Source: a virus (lineage: Duplodnaviria > Caudoviricetes). Taken from it: DNA of 25,031 nucleotides. The notes below the pieces were generated by a model. That model did no database searches and had not been told where the DNA came from. It worked only from the letters and a program-made list of their open reading frames with translations. This document shows positions 1 through 6,900 of the stretch, in pieces. Position numbers and translations under genes: made by a program. The DNA is taken from positions 1 through 25,031 of IMG/VR virus record IMGVR_UViG_3300005804_000109; one strand, given 5' to 3'. The first letter of the stretch is position 1. Each line of letters opens with the position of its first letter.

Positions 1-510
1 ATGACAAGTGGACAAAGACAAAAGATTAAAATGCTGCGGTACCAAGGTGTTGGGTATGGAAAAATAGCAAAGGCTACAGGGCTGTCACGAGATTCGGTTA
101 GAAACTATTGCATAAGAGAAGGCTTAAATGGTTATGCATCAGAGTTGGTGACGGAATACCGCGAAGTATTGAAAGAGGAAATGCTTTTTATTGCTTGCCT
201 TAATTGCGGCATGAAGCTTGAACAAAAAAGTTGCGGGCGGAAGCGCAAATATTGTTCATTAAGTTGTAAAAGAGAATGGGAAAAGGACCACCGAACGGCA
301 TATGTTCTTAACTGTGAATATTGCGGGAAAGAATTCAAAGCATTAGGGGTCAGCTGGCGCAAGTTTTGTAGCCAAGAATGTTATCGCAGGGATCGTTTTT
401 GGCGAGAAGAAGACGCCGCAGAAGTTGCCCAGAAAATTTTACAGTTTAAAAAGGTAAATTATTTGCCGGTGTGGCTTAGAGATTTATTGCTATCGGATGC
501 CGAGGAATGA
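1..510 (+). CDS. Phage HTH + Cys-rich zinc-finger protein (often mis-annotated 'sigma-70 subunit'); paralog of 15647..16084
   Basis: N-terminal HTH (LRYQGVGYGKIAKATGLSRDSVRNYC), then CxxC/CSxxC pairs (CLNC, CSLSC, CEYC, CSQEC); aligns by eye with 15647..16084, including the RFWxEED motif. Confidence 0.75.
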   Translation: MTSGQRQKIKMLRYQGVGYGKIAKATGLSRDSVRNYCIREGLNGYASELVTEYREVLKEEMLFIACLNCGMKLEQKSCGRKRKYCSLSCKREWEKDHRTAYVLNCEYCGKEFKALGVSWRKFCSQECYRRDRFWREEDAAEVAQKILQFKKVNYLPVWLRDLLLSDAEE

Positions 511-759
511 GTGGGTATCTTTATTATGGAAAAGCGTGGAAACACCGTTGTGGTGGGTATGCGCGAATTGATTTGAGCCAGTATGCGTCCAGCTGTTTTT
601 GTAAAACGGGCAGTTTGCGGCAATGAAGCGACATGGATTGTAAATGTACTTTTGGGTGCACCCCCTTGTTACCCCCGGGGGTATATGGACTAGTAGTTCT
701 GCCGTTTTGTATCATGTTTCCGGTGACACACATGTGGAGTGTATAGCCGTGATAGAGCC

Positions 760-788
760 CCAAAAGCCTGAATAAATCAGGCTTTTGG
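760..788. repeat. Perfect 12-bp inverted repeat (hairpin)
   Basis: CCAAAAGCCTGA-ATAAA-TCAGGCTTTTGG. Confidence 0.6.
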
Positions 789-821
789 CTGTTGGCGTTA
801 ATTGAATAAGTGGACTGTATG

Positions 822-847
822 TTCGCCTAGACTTACGTCTGGGCGAA
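822..847. repeat. 11-bp inverted repeat (one G-U pair)
   Basis: TTCGCCTAGAC-TTAC-GTCTGGGCGAA. Confidence 0.5.
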
Positions 848-1682
848 TTTTTCATAAGGGGGGTGTCGTAAATTCGCACGAAAGCATATGAAAACAAGAA
901 AGGGATTGCGGTTTTGTGTAATGGATTTGAGTGTCGTTGGCGGTGTTGACTAGTACAATAGTAAACTACAGAAAAGAATATTTATCTAGTGCTAATCTGT
1001 ATAGAGGATAAACAATCTGAAAATTTTATGTAGGGAAATTACATGTACAGTTTGATGATAATATCGTACTTCTACACGGACATAAATAAAGGTATTAATA
1101 TTTGCAAAGTCACCAATCAAAATGTAAATGAATCTCTTTTAAATTGATTAATGATCAAGAGGAAAATATGAGACATTAGTCGAAAAAATAATATCAGCTT
1201 AATTAACTTTCAGAGAAAAAACGTTGGGACTAAGAGTGTAAAAATGAGATTATGATCTCGAGATGATTTTTTAAAATGCTTTAAATGGTACTGTTTAATC
1301 ATGAAGAATACTTTGTTGATTGCCCATGTATAAACGCGTTGTTTTCACTCCAGATGACTTGTTCGGTGGACATATACTCCATTTGGAATTTCACTGTTAT
1401 ATTTTATCCTGTCATTTCTATAATGATTGTGGGTAAACAATGGAATGTGAATGACCTAAGAGGGGATGAAAAAATGAAAATCATTGCAAAAGTAATAATT
1501 CTTATGGTGGGAACTGCGTTCACGGGGTGGCAGTATGTTTCAACATAGGAAGAACAAGCGGCTGTACTGATAGCATCGCGATTGGGAGTGAACGTAGGGG
1601 GTTAAATTCCCCCCACCCCACCAACTTATCTGGTTTTATTGAGTTCATGGTTGATGTTGTTTATAGTTGTAGGAGTGATAAG

Positions 1683-2480
1683 GTGGCGTGGTATGAAATT
1701 ACAATTAAAAACTTTCAAGAATATATTCAACTTGTCAATGACTTGGGGATAAATGTTGGCAGCATGTATAATTGGAATTTTCGTGGACAAGCGGATTCTT
1801 CATGGAAACTTGAGCATTCATTGTTAAGAATATTGCAGGGCATAAATGATAGAGCATGGGCTGGAAATTTAGAGGGTGAAATTTTAACAGAATTTTACAT
1901 AAAAAAAGATTTGTATTTACCAGGCCACCAACCCCACCAAGATGCTGATAGAGCATCTTGGTGGGCTATCATGCAACATTACTCTTGTCCGACAAGACTT
2001 CTTGATTGGTCCGCGTCACCTTATGTTGCTGCCTATTTTGCTGTAAATAATTTGAGTGAGCAAGATGGCGCTATTTGGATATTTAATGCTAATGAATTAA
2101 ATAGGATTATGATGGAGAAATATAGGGACCTGTCTGTTATTCCTGACAATGAACAATATTATGACTTAGATGGACCAGATATAATACGTACGATTAGAAC
2201 TTTGGATAATCCGAGAATAGCTGCGCAACAGGGCGTATTTACTGTATGCACCAATATCTTAGAAGATCACAGTAATATGATCGAGGCTGGTTTTGGAAAG
2301 GATTCCTATCAGCATTTGATTAAAATAATAATACCATCTGAAATGAAAAAAAATATACTTTCGCAGTTACATACTATGAATATAACTGCTGCATCTTTAT
2401 TTCCGGGAATTGATGGTTTGGGCCTTAAAGTGTCCGAAGTTATTAAATTGAAAGTATATCATCGTGAATTTCCTATATAG
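1683..2480 (+). CDS. FRG domain-containing protein
   Basis: Motifs FRGQAD, MQHYSCPTRLLDWS, AAYFAV, NPRIAAQQGVFT, ITAASLFPGIDG; start moved to GTG 1683 because of AGGAG RBS at 1671-1675 (ORF track starts at 1527). Confidence 0.9.
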   Translation: MAWYEITIKNFQEYIQLVNDLGINVGSMYNWNFRGQADSSWKLEHSLLRILQGINDRAWAGNLEGEILTEFYIKKDLYLPGHQPHQDADRASWWAIMQHYSCPTRLLDWSASPYVAAYFAVNNLSEQDGAIWIFNANELNRIMMEKYRDLSVIPDNEQYYDLDGPDIIRTIRTLDNPRIAAQQGVFTVCTNILEDHSNMIEAGFGKDSYQHLIKIIIPSEMKKNILSQLHTMNITAASLFPGIDGLGLKVSEVIKLKVYHREFPI

Positions 2481-2503
2481 TACAAATGGAAAAGTATATG
2501 CGC

Positions 2504-2543
2504 AAATCCTAGTGGACGTCTTTGTGCGAACGCTAGGATTTTT
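2504..2543 (+). terminator. Probable intrinsic terminator after the FRG gene
   Basis: AAATCCTAGTG...CGCTAGGATTTTT stem followed by Ts. Confidence 0.5.
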
Positions 2544-2697
2544 GTATATGTGACATGTGGCAAAAAAAGATGGAATATAAAAGCAATTTAAACGCGTAAA
2601 ATAAAATTGAATTATGGGATGAATGCAAACGGTGTTGATTAGACGTGTTGCGTTTTGCCGTACGACACGAAAACACGGCGTTTGATTTATTGTTGTG

Positions 2698-2727
2698 TTG
2701 ACACGAAGAAAACGGTGGTGATATAAT
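2698..2727 (+). promoter_or_regulatory. Consensus sigma-A promoter with extended -10
   Basis: TTGACA (2698-2703)-N18-TATAAT (2722-2727) with TG at 2719-2720; flanked by ACACG/CGTGT repeats. Confidence 0.8.
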
Positions 2728-2769
2728 TTATACAAATGATACTTTCGTGTAAAAGTGAGGTTGGTTGAT

Positions 2770-3462
2770 GTGACCAAGGGAATTACACCGCCGTACATAA
2801 CGTTTAAGATGTTTTTAGATGTAATCGATTATTTTAGGAACGACGTACCTTATCATTTGGAAAAAGGATCACTCACAATGGTCAGTGATGATTTAAAGGG
2901 AAGAGTTATTAATGTATTCAAGTTCCTAGGGCTGATTGGCGAAGCTGGGGCCGTTAATAACACGTTGCGTGAGCTTGTTGTTGCTACAGAGGAAAATAGA
3001 AGAGTTATAATAGCACGCCTACTACACGAAAAATATTCAGCAATTATGGAAATTGGGTTAGATAAGATATCATCAGAAACCCTAGAGCTTGAATTTAAAA
3101 AGTATAATAATGTTTCGGGAACAACTTGCGAGCGAGCTGCGCAATTTTTGATACAAGCCGCAAAATTTGTAGGAAAGGAAATTAACCCAGAACTTGAAAA
3201 AGGGCGAAGGACTCCGATGACGAGAAGAACAACAAAAGAGAACATGGAGTCAGTTGGACCACTTGAAAAATTTGATAGCCAGGCCAAAGTAAATATTAGA
3301 GAAAAACCAGTGGATCAGCACACTTTAGAGCTGACATCTGGAGGGAAAATAACGCTTCGAGTTGAGATACCTTTATTTGAGTTAGATAAAGAAGATAGGA
3401 ATTTCGTATTTGACCTGATTGATAAATTGCGGGAATATGAGAAAGGCCATAAAAACGAATAA
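2770..3462 (+). CDS. DUF5343-like protein (predicted winged-helix DNA-binding, function unknown)
   Basis: PPYITFKMF...FKFLGLI...Y...SGTTCERAAQFL pattern matches DUF5343 as recalled; GAGG RBS at 2757-2760 favours GTG 2770. Confidence 0.65.
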   Translation: MTKGITPPYITFKMFLDVIDYFRNDVPYHLEKGSLTMVSDDLKGRVINVFKFLGLIGEAGAVNNTLRELVVATEENRRVIIARLLHEKYSAIMEIGLDKISSETLELEFKKYNNVSGTTCERAAQFLIQAAKFVGKEINPELEKGRRTPMTRRTTKENMESVGPLEKFDSQAKVNIREKPVDQHTLELTSGGKITLRVEIPLFELDKEDRNFVFDLIDKLREYEKGHKNE

Positions 3463-3487
3463 TATCAATTGAAAAGAGGTGCGTGAG

Positions 3488-3523
3488 ATGGTTGAAAAAT
3501 ACAAAAAGCCACCGAGCGGCTAA
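3488..3523 (+). CDS. Putative 11-aa leader peptide (MVEKYKKPPSG)
   Basis: GAGGTG RBS 6 nt before ATG 3488; stop TAA at 3521-3523 inside the first hairpin of the structured region. Confidence 0.35.
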   Translation: MVEKYKKPPSG

Positions 3524-3675
3524 TAATAGCTTCGGCGGCCATTGCTTCTCATTATCTCTGTTGGCGCAGTGATAATAAGAAAAAGTCCAGCTCGTGTGCT
3601 GGATAGACTATATAAGAATCGTTATTAGTTTATCACGAGATGTGGCTTTTCGCAATGGGTGTATTGCGAAAGGAA
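3503..3675 (+). ncRNA. Candidate structured cis-regulatory RNA / leader
   Basis: Four hairpins (3508-3539, 3546-3581 with TTGGCG loop, 3586-3603, 3646-3673 covering the RBS) plus alternative pairings 3504-3512/3642-3650 and 3591-3596/3634-3639. Confidence 0.45.
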
Positions 3676-3682
3676 TGATTGT

Positions 3683-3802
3683 ATGTCTTGGTATGAAGAT
3701 GGTTACGTTTACTGTACCCAGTATACGAATCGATGGGGCCAACTAATGGTTGCTTCGAAGTATGGGTATAAGGCGTGGCGATTTCGTTTAAAACGAAAAT
3801 AA
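3683..3802 (+). CDS. Small basic, aromatic-rich 39-aa protein (MSWYEDGYVYCTQYTNRWGQLMVASKYGYKAWRFRLKRK), below the ORF-track cutoff
   Basis: AAAGGA RBS, ATG 3683, TAA 3800-3802; translated by hand. Confidence 0.6.
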   Translation: MSWYEDGYVYCTQYTNRWGQLMVASKYGYKAWRFRLKRK

Positions 3803-3892
3803 ACAAATTTGCAAATAAATGGGCCGGCGATTAGATGAGGTATTACCAGCATACCTTATCTTTCTCCGGCAATAATTTAGGAGGAGTTTGTC

Positions 3893-4069
3893 ATGGGGAA
3901 AACATTTAGGCCAGGGGAAAGGGTGCCAAAGTCAGGGCAGGCTGAGATTGTAGGGCCACGTGGAGGGAAAACTGGAGTAGAGAGGACCGTGGTGAAGGAT
4001 AAACCATTTCCCCCGACTTTGCAGCCGGGTCAAAAATATGTTATTACAGATATTACCAAAACAAAATAA
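3893..4069 (+). CDS. YjzC-family small protein (58 aa), below the ORF-track cutoff
   Basis: AGGAGGAG RBS; MGKTFRPGERVPKSGQAEIVGPRGGKTGVERTVVKDKPFPPTLQPGQKY shows the YjzC pattern F(K/R)PG..P.SG...VGPRGG...FPPT. Confidence 0.85.
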   Translation: MGKTFRPGERVPKSGQAEIVGPRGGKTGVERTVVKDKPFPPTLQPGQKYVITDITKTK

Positions 4070-4089
4070 AAAACATGTGGAGCTTATTG

Positions 4090-4118
4090 TAGCCTAGACT
4101 TATGTTTAGGCTATTTTT
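4090..4118 (+). terminator. Intrinsic terminator after the YjzC gene
   Basis: TAGCCTAGAC-TTAT-GTTTAGGCTA followed by a T-run. Confidence 0.7.
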
Positions 4119-4266
4119 TATACAGTAGTATGACATGTCGATGGTAGCATGAAAGTATAAGAATACTCTGGAGCGAAAACTGACTATGAATATTTTTCCT
4201 GAAATGATATAAAACTTTAGAGGCGCATTTCTATAAAAGAGGCTGGGATAAGCTTTAAATCAAAGT

Positions 4267-4956
4267 TTATCCTAGCTTCTTTTCGTTAGGTTCTGGTTGA
4301 AATTCTGCACTAATAGATTTTTTATCGAAATCAACATATAGGAATGAAACGGGTATATCCAAATGTGTTGGCAGAGTTTTGGTGAACACTTTATAAGTTT
4401 TTTTATTACTAGTAGCAATGGTAAATTTTGTAATGGGTTTTTCATTGTATGTGGCAATCCTTCCATATATTTGGAAAAGTAAATTTTTTTCTTGGACATC
4501 TATCAATTGCGTGTTTTTAGCATTGGTTGTTCTTTTTGTATTTTTAAATTCAATAAACCAGTTAGTATTATCTTTTTTTGCAATGATATCAGCTATTTGA
4601 TTTTCTTTACAGCGTTCAATAGACCAACCATCTTTCAATAATTTAGGTGCAATAATTTCGATGAACTGTTCTTCGGCTTGTTGCTCGCTTCGTAAATAAT
4701 GTATGAAAGTAGGGCTTTTTTTTATTTCTTCAAGTTGTTCGAATTCATCATATGCAGAATCGGTTTCTAATAAAAAAGTAGAAGAAGAGATTTGGAAAGC
4801 TTTTGCGATTTTTTCAATTGTATCTAGAGAAGGGTTTTTACGATTGTTCTCAATATCACTTAAGGTGCTTTTAGATAATCCGGTTATTTCAGAAAGTTGT
4901 CGGAGACTCTTATTGTGATCAGTGCGGAGAAGTTTTAATTTCTCACCGACAGTCAT
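4267..4956 (-). CDS. CI-like XRE HTH repressor with C-terminal PD-(D/E)xK nuclease-like domain
   Basis: N-terminus GEKLKLLR..SLRQLSEITGLSKSTLSDIENNRKNPSLDTIEKIAKAF is XRE HTH; C-terminus E..I...L..DGW...ADIIAKKDNTNWFIEFK; divergent from a cro-like gene; ATG 4956 preferred over 4965. Confidence 0.8.
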   Translation of the reverse strand: MTVGEKLKLLRTDHNKSLRQLSEITGLSKSTLSDIENNRKNPSLDTIEKIAKAFQISSSTFLLETDSAYDEFEQLEEIKKSPTFIHYLRSEQQAEEQFIEIIAPKLLKDGWSIERCKENQIADIIAKKDNTNWFIEFKNTKRTTNAKNTQLIDVQEKNLLFQIYGRIATYNEKPITKFTIATSNKKTYKVFTKTLPTHLDIPVSFLYVDFDKKSISAEFQPEPNEKKLG

Positions 4957-4992
4957 AAAAGACACATCCCTGTATTATGTTTATTAATTAAT

Positions 4993-5021
4993 ATTTTACC
5001 AGTTAGTGTCCGCTATTGCAA
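4993..5021 (-). promoter_or_regulatory. Repressor promoter with operator-like repeat in the spacer
   Basis: Minus strand TTGCAA-N17-TAAAAT with extended TG; AGTGTCCGCT at 5005-5014 recurs at 5123-5132. Confidence 0.6.
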
Positions 5022-5122
5022 ACAATATGCTGATAGTAAAAAGTTAAAAACACAGTTATCATGGCGTAAATCGAAGAATACAGAAGAAGTAGTGAGTTAA
5101 ACGACGTAGAAATAAGAAAAAG

Positions 5123-5166
5123 AGTGTCCGCTTGTAATTGTTGGCCGTTCGCTTTAATGGTACAAT
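5123..5166 (+). promoter_or_regulatory. Early (cro) promoter and operator-like sites
   Basis: TTGTTG (5138-5143)-N17-TACAAT (5161-5166) with extended TG; AGTGTCCGCT at 5123 and related GTTCGCT in the spacer. Confidence 0.55.
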
Positions 5167-5190
5167 TGCAACGTGAGGAGGGGTGACTCT

Positions 5191-5421
5191 GTGAATAGAA
5201 TTCGAGAAATCATTGAGGCGAAAAACATGACTATTAAAGGAACTGCAAAAGCGGCGAGGGTGTCACGATCATATTTGTATGAATTGATGAACGGAACAAA
5301 GACTCCCACAATAAGCTTGGCAAAACGAATTGCGAAAGCAACAAAGTCAAGCTTAGATGAGTTATTTCCGGATTACGAGGAATTTCAAACCGCACTTAAT
5401 CAAAAAACAGAAACAAGCTAG
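5191..5421 (+). CDS. Cro-like XRE HTH regulator
   Basis: NRIREIIEAKNMTIKGTAKAARVSRSYLYELMNGTKTPTISLAKRIAKA; GAGGAGG RBS before GTG 5191; first gene of the early operon. Confidence 0.85.
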   Translation: MNRIREIIEAKNMTIKGTAKAARVSRSYLYELMNGTKTPTISLAKRIAKATKSSLDELFPDYEEFQTALNQKTETS

Positions 5422-5425
5422 CGGA

Positions 5426-6616
5426 ATGAGGGGGAGATTAAGTCTTTATTCTCACCAAGAGCAATGTTTGCTACATACAAAGGACAGAAACCGTGTTGCA
5501 TATTATCTCGACATGGGTCTTGGAAAAACATTTGTTGCCGGTGAAAAGGCAACAGAGCTAGGAAAGCCAGTATTAGTGGTTTGCCAAAAGTCAAAAATTA
5601 CGGATTGGGATGAGCACTTCCGCAAGTATTACCGACTTCCTATTACCGTAATCAATTACGATCTCATCTGGCGCAGGAAGGAATACCTCGAATGGCGAGG
5701 TTATACACTCATTCTTGACGAGGCGAGCTTGATTAAAAACGAGATGGCTAAGCGCACCCAATATATACTCAATCTCCAGCCGACCAATGTAATATTATTA
5801 TCCGGCACGCCAACTGGCGGCCGATATGAGGAACTCTGGAGCCAGTGCCGCCTATTGGGATGGAATATATCCAAGAAGTTATTTTACAACCACTACATTA
5901 TTACTGAGAAAATCGATGCTGGCGGTTTCCCCATTACTAAGGTCGTTGGCTATCGAAATGTTGACAGGTTAAAACAGAAGCTGCGGCAACATGGGGCGGT
6001 ATTTCTCAAGAGTGAAGAAGTATTGGATCTACCTGAACAAGTTGAAGTTGAAACTATGGTTGAACCAACCAAAGAATATCGACAGTTCAGACGGGATAGA
6101 TACTTGACCATTCAGCAAACAGAGTTGGTTGGCGATACTTCCCTGAAGCAGCTTCTCTATGAACGGCAACTATGCGGACGGTATAACCAAAACAAAATTG
6201 CTGTTCTTAAAGATTTGCTCGACTCAACCAATGACCGCATGGTTATCTTCTACAATTTCACGGCTGAATTTAATCTAATAAAAACACTAACGGATCGTCC
6301 AATCAGTTTCATCAACGGGGGCGGAACGGATTTGATCAATTACGAAATCTGCTGCGACAGCTTAACGCTGGTTCAGTATCAAGCCGGTGCAATGGGGCAT
6401 AACTTGGAGCGGGCCAACATCATCGTGTATTTCACACTTCCTCTGAGTTCGGAGCTCTTTGAACAATCAAGGAAGCGGATCCATCGCATTGGGCAGACGA
6501 GAACCTGCTTTTACTATTACCTCCTAACTCGAAAATCCGTGGAAGAGAAGATTTTGCGTGTGTTGCGGCAGCGCCGAGATTTTACCGATGCGTTGTTTAA
6601 GGGGGTGGCGGAATGA
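5426..6616 (+). CDS. SNF2-related (SF2) helicase
   Basis: DMGLGKT, ILDEAS, LSGTP, GHNL, QSRKRIHRIGQ motifs; start uncertain (ATG 5426 directly after the cro stop). Confidence 0.9.
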   Translation: MRGRLSLYSHQEQCLLHTKDRNRVAYYLDMGLGKTFVAGEKATELGKPVLVVCQKSKITDWDEHFRKYYRLPITVINYDLIWRRKEYLEWRGYTLILDEASLIKNEMAKRTQYILNLQPTNVILLSGTPTGGRYEELWSQCRLLGWNISKKLFYNHYIITEKIDAGGFPITKVVGYRNVDRLKQKLRQHGAVFLKSEEVLDLPEQVEVETMVEPTKEYRQFRRDRYLTIQQTELVGDTSLKQLLYERQLCGRYNQNKIAVLKDLLDSTNDRMVIFYNFTAEFNLIKTLTDRPISFINGGGTDLINYEICCDSLTLVQYQAGAMGHNLERANIIVYFTLPLSSELFEQSRKRIHRIGQTRTCFYYYLLTRKSVEEKILRVLRQRRDFTDALFKGVAE

Positions 6617-6900
6617 CGGAAAAACAATTCCAGAATAAGGTCATTGCTTTCTTAAAGTCTCAAAAAATATATTACGTCAAAATATGGGGCGGAGGGTATC
6701 AAACAGCGGGTATCCCAGATTTAATTTGTTGCATCCGTGGTCGGTTTGTGGCACTAGAACTGAAGACAGAGAAAGGGACGGCTACTGTATTGCAAAAATA
6801 CAATATTTTTCAAATCCAGGAATCAGGGGGCTGCGCACGCATTCTTCGGCCATCAGAATTTAATCAGTTTAAAAGGGAGGTAATTACTGGTGCAGTTTAG
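6613..6900 (+). CDS. VRR-NUC domain nuclease / resolvase
   Basis: MTEKQFQ...GIPDLICC..G.FVALELK..KG....LQ. Confidence 0.9.
   Translation: MTEKQFQNKVIAFLKSQKIYYVKIWGGGYQTAGIPDLICCIRGRFVALELKTEKGTATVLQKYNIFQIQESGGCARILRPSEFNQFKREVITGAV

Noticed and set aside
524-897. Minus-strand ORFs 524..763 and 712..897
   Set aside because: No RBS or motif; they run through hairpins and homopolymer runs typical of non-coding DNA
1527-1682. N-terminal extension of the FRG ORF
   Set aside because: No RBS at 1527; a good RBS and typical domain start lie at GTG 1683
3504-3512. AAAAGCCAC identical to a late-promoter repeat (14899-14907)
   Set aside because: A single 9-mer without phased repeats; better explained by local RNA pairing or chance
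5357-5425. Helicase start at 5357
   Set aside because: Overlaps cro by 65 bp without an RBS; helicase motifs begin after 5426
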